A stretch of 64,000 nucleotides of DNA from the human T2T-CHM13v2.0 reference genome, Homo sapiens. The notes under the pieces are model-generated. The model was given only the letters and a program-made list of their open reading frames with translations. It did no database searches and was not told where the DNA came from. The stretch lies in NCBI RefSeq assembly GCF_009914755.1, contig NC_060926.1; one strand, given 5' to 3'. This document shows, piece after piece, positions 49,479 to 62,476 of this stretch. Every line of letters starts with the position of its first letter. Positions within the stretch are counted from its first letter, which is position 1. Position numbers and translations under genes: made by a program.

Positions 49479-50629
49479 TCACCGCATTCCCTCCTGTCCT
49501 GTAAGGTTTCCACCGAAAAGTTAGCTTCTAGTCATGTTGAAACTCTCTTATATCTTATTTGCTTCTTTTCTCTTGCTGATTTCAGGATTATTTTATTTGT
49601 CTTTGCTCTTTGATGGTTTGATTATAATATATTTTGTGGTAGTCTTATTTGGATTGAATCTCATTGGTGACTTTTGCCTTTCTTATCCTGGGATAATTTT
49701 TCTTTATAGTCTTGAAGTTCTCTGAACTTCCTTAAAACAGCAATTTCAAATTATTTGTCAGATAGTTCATGGATCTCTCTCTCTTTACGGTCAGTCACTG
49801 GCACCTTGTTTTACCTGTTTGTTGATATCATGTTTCCCTGATTATTTTAAATTCTTGTGGTGATGTGGTCTTGTGCACACTGAAGAAGTAGATATTTATT
49901 CCCACCTTTACATGACTTTCTTATAGGACATCCTTTAATGATAAATTCTAGGCAAGTCTTCTGTTGTGGTCTCTAAACCTGTAACTGCTACAGCTGCTAC
50001 AGTGCTAGAAGAACCCTAAGCCCAGGATTGCTGCAACAGACACTGCACCAGGCTGGAATCTATTTGCTGCAGAGGCTGGCATCATGTTGAGCTGAAATCA
50101 GAGTCACTGGTTGCTGAGGTTTACCTGTCCTTGTGGATTATTTTGAGCCCATGGCTGCCATAGTTCATTGGCAGTGATGTAAGCCAGAACTTGAGTCTAT
50201 TTTGCTGTGGCTGGGGATTTCTATCTGGTGCTGGAGTAAGTTTAGAGGCTGAGTTCATGGGAAGCAGCCTGTAGTCAGGAACCATGGAGGTCTGTTTGGT
50301 GCTGTGTTCTACTGTGGTGGCTTCAATGTTGGGTTTTAAGACAAAGTTCTATGTTTACTTTCCTTTTTATCTCCAAAATGGACAATATAGCAGCACTGTA
50401 CTACCTGAAGTTCGGGAAAGGTAATGTGAATAACGTAAAACTGTCCTTCTTACCCCCTTCAATGTGCTTTTCTTATTATTCAGCTATAATCAGGCACTGT
50501 AACCTCCCACCTGGTTTCTTTCACTGATGTGAAGGTATTTTTGAGCATGGATAGTTGTTCAGATTGGTGTTTCTGCAGGGGGACAATTGCTGGAAAGTCC
50601 TACTCTACCATCTTACTCTTTTCTTCCTA

Positions 50630-51570
50630 TCTACTAGTTAAATTTCTTATATCTATAGGATTTTTTTAAAGCTATTTATCTTTAAGCAACTGCAGTATTT
50701 TTCTAGAAAAAAATGTTCATTTCCTCTGATTTTTCTAAATTTGTCATAAAGTTTTTATTATACTCTCTTTAAGAGTCACAAACTGTGCTTTATTGATAGT
50801 TTTATGCCCTTAACATTTTTAATACTGTTTATTCGTGCCTTCTCCCTTTCTTCTTCTGGCTTGCTTTGTCCCGATATTTTCAATTTTTTTTTCTTCAAAA
50901 ATGTGCTTTTGGCATTGTTAATCTTTTCTGTTTGTTCTTATTGTATTCTTTTTCTGCTAATTTATTATAATACATTCATTTGTTCTTTTTTAACTTCTTA
51001 AATCAATGATTAGCTCATTAGTTTTTAGACCTCCATTTCTTATGTGAACATTTAACCATATAAATTTCCCATCAAGTACTGCTTGAGCTGCAATAAACAA
51101 ATAATTATGCAATTCTACATGCTTTCTATTTCCATTCATGATTTATTTATTAACCATTGAGCTACTGGAAAGTGTCTGAGAATGTGTGTTTGTGTTTGTG
51201 TACGTGTATTTATTTTGAAATGTACATTTTATTTTAAACTTAGTTTTTGTTTTCAATTTCTATGTCAAAGACATTATGATTAGAGAATAGATCTTTATGA
51301 TGATACTATTCCTTTAAAAATTCTTCATTCTTTTACAGCCTTGTACATAGTTTTCTCCATATCACACACATAATTAAATTTGTGTTTTCTAAATGCTTGT
51401 CCTTGATTCTAAATATAATCACTAGATCAACTGGCAATTTTAAATATATTTTTGTTAGTACTTTGCCTTATCTATTGATTATTATTAGAGGCTTACTAAC
51501 AATTTTTAATTTTGGGGTGGTTGGTCAAATTTTTCTTGCAATTCTGTTAATTTTTGTCTCATGCATTTGA
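50630..51570 (-). mobile_element. Old L1M ORF2 remnant (host element, right part)
   Basis: tatttttctagaaa...ttcatttcctctgatttttctaaatttgtcataaag and tataaatttccc...agtactgct follow on from 43300. Confidence 0.6.
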
Positions 51571-52199
51571 CATGAGACAAAAAATATAGCTATGGTATTA
51601 CATACATGCTGTCAAATCTCAGGAGTTTGAACATCGAGCTAACAGTTTTGCCATTTACATAACCCAATAAAATGTAATTTACCTTTAATTTTCACTAATT
51701 ATGAAGAGTGGAAATTTCAAAATAGACCAAATTAGTATAGCTCTAAGTTGCACTTAATCAAGTATTGTAGATACCTAGGTGATAGTCTACCCAGAGATTC
51801 TAATCTTATATGAAAATTAACTTATGACTCAAATCCTTTAATATAGGCTAGGTGATCACTACCAAGTTTTTGTTCTAGAGTCACTGACAGATTACAAATA
51901 GGACCCAGTGCCTTGTATCAGTATGACAGATGAGAATCTGGTTGGTTACTCGTAGGTATTTCAGTTAATTAAAACACTTCTTCAAGCTGAGAGGCAATAA
52001 CAAAAGTGTTTGAAAGATGGTTTCAAATGGTCTGAGGTGAGATAATTGTATCCTTAAAGAATTAACATCTTTTACCTCAGAGATTTAGAATTATTTATAA
52101 TTATTTTCTAATATTTTTACATTATGATCTGAAAACTAATTTTTGTTTTGTTAAAGAGAATTAGAGTAAGAATAACTACATAATTATAACTGTAAAATG

Positions 52200-53060
52200 T
52201 TTGATCTGGTAATTCCAGACACAAGGCATGATTATATTTCAGAGTCTTCTAGTGCTTTGTGGGGGGCATGTGATCAATTCTGGCTAATGGTGTCCCTTCC
52301 AGGCTGAAGGTTTTAATTGCCAATGTGAGATACTCTACTGCTGTCTTCCATTGCTGCAGCATATGCAAAATCATTTTGCTATTTGATGCTTTGATGCTAA
52401 GATAACAGCATCAAAGAATGGAGATTGTACTGGGCTAGTCTTTGAGTGACTATACATGATAGAGGACCTTGATGATTTAAGTTTGACATGTAATATAAGG
52501 AAGAAATGATTCTTTGTAAGCCAGTAAGATATTGATTTTCTTTTGTATTGCAGCATAATTTATCCTATTCTAACTGTCGATACTGCAGTTGATCGAGCTA
52601 TTGGTCCTAGGAAGGGCAGGGCCTAAAAGATACGCCTTTTACAGCTTACATTTTACCTTGGACACTTTTGCTTAGTGGTTAGAAGGCAGGCAGAAATAAA
52701 AATTATATAAAGCCTGGAAAGTTGGCAGTACATGTTTTGCCACTAAATCTTTTAGTAAAAATTTTAAGTGTGCTAGGTTAAGAAGCATACTGTGTGTTTA
52801 TTACGTTTGCATCTGTAGCAAAAGAGGCTTTAAACTGTAGTATGTGCTTGTTAGTATTGGCAATATTTAACAATATGTTACAAGAAAGTTATGAGCTTAG
52901 GATGCAACTGGCAGTTTTGCAAGGAGAAATGAGAGGGAACAAAGATTTCTAGAAAGTTGAAAACTTTTAACAATGTAAATATCAAAGGATTATGTATTCT
53001 ATACAGTAAGAAATACAACTAAAGTCTTCTTTAAGTGATAAAGATTGATTAAAACTCATC
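52200..53060 (+). mobile_element. Old MLT1 MaLR LTR (to ~52580) followed by MLT1-internal sequence
   Basis: gcatgtgatcaattctggctaatgg...tgcagcataatttatcctattctaactg, then cctaaaa...gcttagtggttagaaggcaggcag. Confidence 0.6.
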
Positions 53061-53067
53061 CTTAATC

Positions 53068-53430
53068 AAAGTAGCTGACTGGAGGACCAAGTCAGCAAGT
53101 AGATAACCACATGTCAAATACAGGATCTAAGAGATAACACTGGAATTGAGCAAGGATGTGACAGGGAGCCTCTGAGGCACTGATGGTAAGGGGAACAAAC
53201 AGCCAGGCTGGAGAGGGCTGGCTTGGAGCTAGGAGAGATTCCCATTGCAGGAAAAAGGTAAACAGAGGACTCTCAGCAGCTTACATTTTACCTTGGACAC
53301 TTGAAATCCTAGCCAGAGAAGGGCCCCTTGGTCCTCACAGGCTGTGGGCTTAATCTCTACACATCATATGTATCAAAATATCACCATATACCCCATAAAT
53401 ATGTACAATTATTATGTTCAATGAGAAAAA
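53068..53430 (+). mobile_element. Two-ended mini-L1: L1M 5' UTR (~280 bp) fused to an L1MA 3' terminus (~80 bp)
   Basis: 5' part parallels the 5' end of the L1 at 58650-58980; 3' part (tatcaaaatatcaccatataccccataaatatgtacaattattatg) parallels the 3' end at 54000-54080. Confidence 0.7.
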
Positions 53431-53979
53431 TACTTGCACACCACTTCTCACAGCTCACTGTCTATGTTAGTCACATAGTAGAAAACAAGTCTGAAAAAGT
53501 TAGAATTTATTCTGCCGTCTATTACTGGGGTAGAGAATTAGATTGGCTTTTGAGGAACATGTGATAATCTGTCACCATCCATCTAAATTTTCTCATCTGA
53601 GTGCGCCTTCAGTCTGTTGCCCTGTGTTGTTTTGGTTGAGGTGTGTGATGTATATTTGGCTTCACACGTATATGTATTTGGAAAGTAGAGAAACATTTTT
53701 ATAGTGTTTGCAATAACTGTGGGCATTTTACTTTGATACTTAAATAGTAGTCTTTTAAGGTTAGTTGCAATGTGGAGTCTGATATCATACCAATGTAATT
53801 TTTTTACCTTGTACACTTGTGAGACGATGAGGATAAAAAGGCAAATAGTGTCTTCCTATAATCATAAAAATACTTTTTACTTTTCAAATACCCTGAAAGA
53901 ATCTCGGGGATCCAACAGGCCCAGCCAAAATCATTCATATATTATAGATAATAATCTTGATTTCTGCCTTTAAGACTAA

Positions 53980-56900
53980 AATTTTTTCTTTTATTTTTAG
54001 TTAACATATAATCTTTATACACATTTATTGGATACAGAGTGATATTTTGATATGTGTTTATAATATGTAGTGATTAAATCAGAGTTATTAGCATATCCAT
54101 GACCATAATCAAACATATATTATTTCTTTCTGTTGTGAGCATTCAAAATTCTCTCTCCTAGTTTTTTGAGATTATACAATAAATTATAATTAGCCATATT
54201 CATTCTACAGTGCTGCAGAATACCAGAACTCGTTTCTTTTATCTAGCTGTAATTTTGTATCTGTTAACCAATCTCTCCCCATCCCCCCATCCCATACTCT
54301 TCCCAGTCTCTGATAAAATTCTTCTCTCTACTTCCATGAACTTTAATATTTTTAGCTCTCACATATGAGTGAGAACATGCAGTATTTATCTTTCTTCACA
54401 TTTTGCTTAACATAATGTTCTCTAGACTTATACATGTTGATATAAATGACAAGATTTCACTCTTTTAAATGGATGAATAGTATTCTATTATGCATATGTA
54501 CCACATTTTCTTTATCTGTTGATAAACATTAGGTTGATTCCATATATTTGCTATGTGAATAGTGCTGTATAAAATGGGGGTGCAGGGTTTTTTTTTGATA
54601 TACTGATTTCCTTTCCTTTGGATAAATACTCAGTATGGTAGTTCCATTTGTATTTTTTTGAGGAATCTCTGTACTGTTCTCTAAAATGGATGCACAAATT
54701 TACACTCCCACAAAGAGTACATAAGAGTTCTTTTTTCTTTACATCCTCACCAGCATTGGATATTTTTTGATAATAACTATTCTAACTGTGATAAGATGAT
54801 ATCTCTTTGTTGTTTTGAGTTGCATTTGCCTTATGATTAGTGATGTTAAGCATTCTTTCATATATTTGTTGACAATTTGTATGTCTTTTTTTGAGACATG
54901 TCTATTCAGACCCTTTGTCCATGTTTTCACCAGAATTTTTTATTATTGAGTTGTTTTATTTCTCATATATTCTGGATATTATTATCTTATCAGATGAATA
55001 GTTTGCAAATATTTTGTCCCATTCTACAGGTTTTCTATTTACTGTCTTGATTGCTTCGTTTGCTTTTTAGTTTAATGTAGACACATTTATATATTTTTAG
55101 TTATTTTGCCTATGAGTTTGACACCTTAGTCATAAAAATCTTTGCCTAGACCAATGTCCTAAAGCATTTCTCCTATGTTTTTATCTGGTTGCTTTATGGT
55201 TTTTGGCCTTACATTTCAGTCTTTAGTCAATTTTGGGTTGATTTTTGTATGAGATGAGAGATAGGAGCCTGGTTTTATTCTTCTGCGTATGAATATCCAG
55301 TTTTCTCCACACTATTTATTAAAAACACTGTCTTTTTACCAATGTTCTTGGCACCCTTGTCAAATATGAGTTAGCTATAAAACTGTGGATTTATTTCTGG
55401 GTTATCTATTCTGCTCCATTGGTGTTTGTGTTTCTTTTTATCTTAGTACCATGCTGTTTTAGTTATTATAGATTTATAGTATATTTTGAATGTGTTAGTA
55501 TGGTGCCCTGAACTTTGTTGTTTGTGCCAAGAATTACTTTGACTATTTGAAATCTTTTATGGTTCCATGCAAATTTTAGGATTTTTTTTGTTTCTGTGAA
55601 GAATGTCATTGGTATTTTGATAGGCGTTACATTGAATCTTTATATTGCTTTAAGTAGTATGGTCATTTTAACAATATTAGTTCTTCCAATTCATGACCAT
55701 GGAATATCTTTCCATTTGTTTGTGTCCTCTTCATTTTCTTTCCATGGTATTTTGTAGTTTTTTTTTTTTTTGTACAGGTATTTTACCTTTTTGGTTAAAT
55801 TTATTGGTAGATATTCTACTTTTTGTACCTATTATAAATGGGATTTTTCCTTTCTTCATTTCAGCTCATTTATTATTAGTTTACAGAAACATTCTTTATT
55901 TCTGTAGGTTGATTTAGTATCCTGAAACTTGACTTATTTGTTTCTTACTTCCAAGAGTTTTTTGGTGGACTTTTGATTTTTCTATATAATAAGATCATGG
56001 CATCTGCAAATAGGGAAAATTTGACTTTCTCCTTCCCAACTTAGATGCCCTTTACCTTTTTATTATTTTTATTTTTAGCCTAACTGCTCTGGTAGAATTT
56101 CCAGTACTATATTGAGTAAGAGTGGTAAAAGTGGTTCAATTCTTAGAGAAAAAACTTTTAGCTTTCCCGATTCAGTGTGATGTTTGCTATGGGTTTGTTA
56201 TATACTGCCTTTATTGTATTGAGGTATACTTTGTCCATACCTAATTTATTGAGAGTTTTTATTATGACAGGATCTTGGATTTTATTAAATGATTTTTTAT
56301 ACTTATAGAGATGATCATATGGGTTGTTTTTTTCTTCATTTTTATGATGTGATAAATCACATTTATTGATTTGCATATGTTGAACTATCCTTGTATCTCT
56401 GGAATAAATTTCACTTCATCATTGTGTATAATTTTTTTGATGTGCTGTTGGATTCAGTATGCTACTAGGTTGTTGAGGAATTTTTTATTTTTGTTTATCA
56501 GGAAAATTGGCCTATAGTTTGCTGTTGTTGTTGTACCCTCATCTGTTTTTAGTATCAAGGTTATGCTGGCCTCATTAAATTTGTGTGGAAAACATTCCCT
56601 CACCTTAAAGTTTTTGAAATTGTTTGAAAAGAAGTGGTGTTAGTTGTTCTTTTAAAGTTCCATAGAGTTCAGCAGTGAAGCTATGTGGTCCTGGGCTTTT
56701 ATTTTTAGTAGTGGTTCAATCTCTTCAATCATTATTGCTATGTTCAGATTTTCTATTTCTCCTTGGTTCAGTCTTGATAGGTTTATGTATCCAGGAATTT
56801 ATCCGTTTTCTTTAGGTTTTCCAACTTGTTGGCAAGTAGTTGTTCATAATAGTCAGTAATGATTCTTTATATTTCTGTAGTATCAGTTGTGATGTCTCTT

Positions 56901-58980
56901 TTTTTGTTGTTGCTGATTTTACACATTGGATCTTCTCTCCTTTTTCCTTATGTAGATTATCTAGTGGGTTTGTCACCTTTATCTTTCGAAAAAACAAAAT
57001 TTTCTTTTTGTTGATCTTTTAAATTATTTGCCTCAATTTTATTTGTGCTCTTATCTTTATTATTTATTTCCTTCTATTTTTTAGGGGCTTAGCTTGTTCT
57101 TATTTTCTAGTTTCTTGAATTATATTATTGATTTGTTTAGTTGAAATTTTATATTTTTTAATGTAGGTAATTACTGCTGCAAATGTGCCTATACTGCTTT
57201 TGTTGTTGGTTACAGGTTTTGGTATGTTGTGTTTCTATTCTCATTTGTTTCCAATAATTTTTAATTTTTTTCTTAAATTAAAAATTTTAAATGACTCATT
57301 GTTTATTCAGGAGCATGTGGTTTAATTTTCATGTATTTGTGCAGTTCTGAATTTATACAGTTTATTTTGTTATTGATTTCTAGTTTTATTTCATTGTCAC
57401 ACAAAAATAATTTCCATTTTTAAAAACTTCAGATTTGTTTTATGGCTTAACATACTTTCAATCCTGTATAATTTTCCATGTGGTATTCAAAGAATGAGTA
57501 TTCTGCAGCAGTTGGGTGAAACATTTTGCAAATGTCCATTAGGACAATCTGGCCTGTGGTACCGTTTACATCCCATGTTTCTTCATTGCTTTTTTGTTTA
57601 GATAGTCAGTTCAATGCTGAGATTAGGGTATTGAAGTCCCCAAATAGTTTTATAGTGATATGTGTTTCTTTCTCTAGCTCTAATAATATTTACTTTAGAT
57701 ATTTGGGTATTGGGTGCATATATATTTACAATTGTTATATTCTCTTGCTGAATTGATTTATTTCTCTCTTTCTTTAAGAAATGGAGTCTCATTCTGTCTC
57801 CCAGGATAGGGAGCAGTGTGTAATCATAGCTGATATTATTGAATTGTCCATCGGTATTTTTTGTATCTCAGTGAGTTTTCTTATAACCATTATTTTGAAT
57901 TTCTTTTCTGACATTTTATATATTTTGTTTTCTTTGTGGTCTCTTACTTAACAATTATTGCTTTTTTTTTGAAGGGGTCATGTTTCCTTGCTTTCTATAT
58001 TTCTTGTGTCTCTACATTAATTTCTGCACATATGGTTAAACAGCTGCCTCTTCCAAATAATGGAGTAGCTTTCATTGGGAAATACTTATTCCTATAGATG
58101 GGTCCCAGGGTGTCAGTTTGGTGGAGTGCGTTGACTTTGTTTTTGTGTGTAGTTTATTTAGTTGTAATTGACGTTAGTGATGTTTGCAAGTGTCTCAATG
58201 GCCTAGGTTGTAGAAGTTTATGGCATCAGTGGCATGAGCACATGGCTGCTTGGTTAGCTTGGGGGCATGTCTATTGGGGGCATGTCTGCCAGACTATTTA
58301 TTTGGCCAAAACATAGCTTCCCAGTGCTTTGGTTGGCATGGCGTTGGCTTCCCTGTTTTGCAGGATCATGACCGTTCTTGGGCCCTGGCTCTGAAAAACC
58401 AGGGTCGTGGCATTGCAGTCATCCATGTAGGCTTGGAGCCCCAAGGCTGCTGAGGCACAGTAGCAACTGGCCTCCAGCTCAGGGCACACTTCAGCTGTGG
58501 TTCTGGTTTTAAGATAGTGCTGTGCTGCAGCAGTTTGGGTCATGGGAGGATTTACAGAGCACATCCTGTACTCCTAATTCTGAGCAATGCAGCTGTATAA
58601 ATTCCAGGCAGCCTCCCAAACTGGGCTTGGGGATTATGAGGACTGTGATTCGACTGTAGTAAGAACTGCAGCTGTCTGCGGTGGCAATGGGGGATGGTGG
58701 CAGTCTTCTGCTTACCTTTTCCCACAAAGGGAAGTTACTTTTGGCTCTGAGCTGATCCAAATGGGAGAAATGGGTTGGCAGAGGCAGGGTGCTTTCCTTC
58801 CCTCTATATGCTTCCATCCTCAGACCTCCATGCTCTATAAGGACCTTACCACTCCCTTGTTGCAGCACTATTTCCCAAACACTTTAGTTGAATTTTGGTT
58901 GTTTATTTATTGCCTTGGTACTTCTTTTGTGAGAGAGATGAGTGCCAGGTATCTCTAGTTAGCCATCTTGCTGACTGGAA
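53980..58980 (-). mobile_element. L1MA-type LINE-1 with both termini and an internal deletion
   Basis: ORF2 remnants (FNKIQDP..IKTLNKLG; ENITIVNIYAPN endonuclease motif), GC-richer 5' UTR at 58090-58980 starting aagatggctaactagag on the minus strand. Confidence 0.88.
57758..57832 (-). mobile_element. AluJ/FLAM 3' stub at the L1 deletion junction
   Basis: gaaatggagtctcattctgtctcccagg...gcagtgtgtaatcatagctga, then abrupt return to L1 ORF1-region sequence. Confidence 0.7.
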
Positions 58981-59203
58981 AGTTAGTCAATTCTTTTGTG
59001 AGTTATTTTTTAGTAAAAGGACTGACCTCTTATCCCTTCTTTTTCTCTCTATTAGCTTGAATCCTGATGTGATAGGTGGAGCTATTGCAGCCACTGTATA
59101 ACACATCATGGACTTGAGGTTATTTGCTTGACAGAATAAAATATTGTAAATTTTGTCAATGTTAATTTGATTTTTCTTTGGCATACAGCTACAACATATA
59201 TTA

Positions 59204-59641
<438 letters not shown>

Positions 59642-60739
59642 TCATAGATAATATTCCAAAACATTGGCAAATATAGCTAGCCAAGTAGGTCCCTGCTGCT
59701 ACTTACTGAAACAGGGTATAAAGTGTAGTCATTGTGAAAAACAATTTAAAATCAATTGTCTACACTTTAGATTTTCTACTTGAGGCTCAAATATGAAGCC
59801 AAGGTCAGTTTCCTCTGTCCATAGTATCTTAATGTGCACATCATGCTTTGTCTGTGCTGTAGTCTCAAGGGCCGCTTGGTGTGCTTCTATTTTATAGGCT
59901 TTGAAAATAGCATTCCATGTTTCTTTCAGATATTTCTTAAGGTACTTGAAGTAAAGTTTAAGCATGCCATATATATAGGCTGTATATTCAGTCTGGCCAT
60001 CTCTAACATCCTTCAAATTCAATGACAGTCCACACGACATTTTTTATTTGATGTGATAATAGGCAAATAGACAAAATAAATTTTATTGTGTATATATATC
60101 AAGTCCGAAAGAATATAAAAATGTTAATGTTAATTTTCAGGACAGTCGGATTATGGGTACTTATGTGTATCTTCAATTTGTTTCACAGTGAACATCTATT
60201 ATTTGACTAAGAAAAAAGTGTTAAAAGCAAAAAAATTTAGCAATTTCAGTAACACTAAATTGTTAAAAATAAATGCATTCTTCAACCTATGTGCAAAAAA
60301 ATCCAATTACAATACAACTGTGTTATCTTATACTTCAGCAGCTGAAAAGCTCAAGAATGTGACTTTTTTTAAGATGCCCCAAGGAAAAAGTTCTCAATCA
60401 ACCACAACCAAAACTTAATCTAATTTGAATAGAACCAAGCTGGGATTTGGGTATATATTTGCTTGAGGTGTGTTACTCAATTCTCTTGATGATCTTTTGA
60501 TGAAAAATTATGTTCTCTCTCTTTCTGACAGGGCTGATAGGAAGACAGCAGTGGTTTACATGTGTAAGTTATTGTCATTTCGGAATATAATTGAATGTTG
60601 ATGCTAGCAAGAAATTTAAATATTATCAAATACGTGAAAAATAAACACACATTCATGATGCTCCTATATTTATAAACCTTTCAGAAAAACAGGAGAAGCA
60701 TTATATGTTAAAAGTAGAAGATGGAAAAAGATATGGAAA

Positions 60740-60990
60740 CAAATAACAAAGTCTAGTTAATGATATGCATGTGGAAATATTTAAGGGTCTAATGAACTGA
60801 TGTCTGAAACATACTTTGAAATGCACTTAATGAATAATGTGCATTGGTGGATAGATAGTTAAATAGACATGTGATAAATCATATTTAGTGATATTAATTG
60901 CAGAATCTAGGGTGGGTAGATGGGTGTTCACTTTACAGTTATTTCAATTTTTCTGTAGGTTTAGATATTTTCATAGTAAAATGTTAGAAA
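60740..60990 (+). mobile_element. Old L1M 3' end
   Basis: catactttgaaatgcac...gcagaatctagggtgg...ttttcatagtaaaatgttag. Confidence 0.65.
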
Positions 60991-61032
60991 GAGTAGAAGA
61001 CAGGAAACATAGACACTTTTAAATGCTTAGTT

Positions 61033-61147
61033 GGCCAGGCACGGGCCTCATGCCTATAATCCCAGCACTTTGGGAGGCCAAGGCAGGCGATCACCAGAGG
61101 TCAGGAGTTTGAGACCAGCCAGTCCAGCATGGTGAAACCCCATCTCC

Positions 61148-61185
<38 letters not shown>

Positions 61186-61360
61186 TCACACACACACACA
61201 CACAATTAGCCAGACGTGGTGTCTGTAATCCCAGCTACTAGGGAGGCTGAGGCAGGAGAATTGCTTGAACCAGGGAGGCAGAGGTTGCCACTGCACTCCA
61301 TCCTGAGCAAAAGAGCAAGACTCCAACTCAAAAAAATCTAAATAAATAATTAAATAAAAA
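61033..61360 (+). mobile_element. AluS SINE with (CA)n linker and two internal deletions
   Basis: (CA)n at 61147-61204; TSD aaatgcttagt / aaaagcttagt. Confidence 0.9.
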
Positions 61361-61559
61361 GCTTAGTATATATTTGTTGACTGACAAGGATAGCCTGGAA
61401 TGAAAATATATAATGACAACTTTACTTACATTGAAAGACTTTGATTATGCACTCAATATTTCTCTCATCATGAGATATAAATTTTGTTTTTAAATTTATT
61501 TTTAAGATTCATTGAATACTTTGTGTTTTACTTTGATTATTTTACTATCACAAGAAGCA

Positions 61560-61710
61560 ATAAGTATTATGATTATTATGCTTCTACAGGTGGCTATAGT
61601 GAGGCTTATGGGGGTTAAGTAACTTGTCAGAGGTCATATAATCCATAGAATGGAGAATTTAACCCAAGAAATTTAGATCTTAAGCCTGCATGTTTAGCCA
61701 TAATGCTATA
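61560..61710 (-). mobile_element. MIR fragment
   Basis: gtgaggctt...ggttaagtaacttgtcagaggtcat...gaatttaacccaag. Confidence 0.6.
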
Positions 61711-61944
61711 CAGATGCTTCTTGACTTATGATGGTGTTACGTCTCGGTAGACCTATTGTAAGTCAAAAACATTATAAGTTAAAGTGCATTTTATATACTG
61801 CAAATCCATCATAAACTTGAAAAATTATGTCAAACCATCATAAGTCCAAATATTCCTTGATTTATGATGAAGTTACATCCAGATAAACCCATCATAAAGT
61901 TGAAAAATCATTAAGTCAAAACATCATAAGTCCAAGATTGTCTA
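61711..61944. mobile_element. TcMar-Tigger MITE, MER47-like, with an internally repeated terminus
   Basis: TA|cagatgcttcttgacttatgatgg ... catcataagtccaagattgtcta|TA; terminal inverted repeats and TA target. Confidence 0.75.
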
Positions 61945-61961
61945 TACTTTTTTTGCTACAG

Positions 61962-62362
61962 TGTAACTAAAATGTGTATTTGACGTATGCCTTTATACAA
62001 GCAAAGCCAAATAAAGTCCTTTCTCCTCTTGCCTGATCCTCCTGACAAGACCAGACACAGACTCTTTCACTTTCATCCCTATCTAACTTCCAGTTCTTTG
62101 CCTCATGAGTGAATAGCTAATATTGGGACTGTTTTCCTCTGAAACTAGCTAGACAGAGATAAGCATTTCCTGCTCAGCTAACTGATTGAGACTTTTTGTG
62201 ATTGCAAAACAATCCTAGCTCTGAATCCTTCTACCTGTAACTCCCCACCATAAATATCTAAGGAAAAGTCACTGTGCCTGATACTCTGATCTTTGGATCT
62301 GAGATGTTCAATATCATGAATAAAATTAATCTCTTTATTGTCTTGCTTTTGTCTTTAGTAAT
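61962..62362 (+). mobile_element. ERV1-type solo LTR (LTR54-like, subfamily uncertain)
   Basis: tgtaact start, cataaata TATA-like box, aataaa at 62319, gtcttgcttttgtcttt end. Confidence 0.5.
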
Positions 62363-62476
62363 ATTAAACTATCTTAATTTATTAACATAGAATAAAAAGA
62401 AAGGTAATTGAGATTAGAGATATAGTTAATAATAATCTCAATTCTGCAACTAACTAGATATTATATATCTCTATAT

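Noticed and set aside
58098-58958. ORF cluster and raised GC suggesting a promoter or gene
   Set aside because: It is the decayed, CpG-depleted 5' UTR of the L1MA element.
60532-60563. Possible 32-nt micro-exon (ctttctgacag ... tgt|gtaagt)
   Set aside because: Not frame-preserving, no recognisable peptide, no supporting context.
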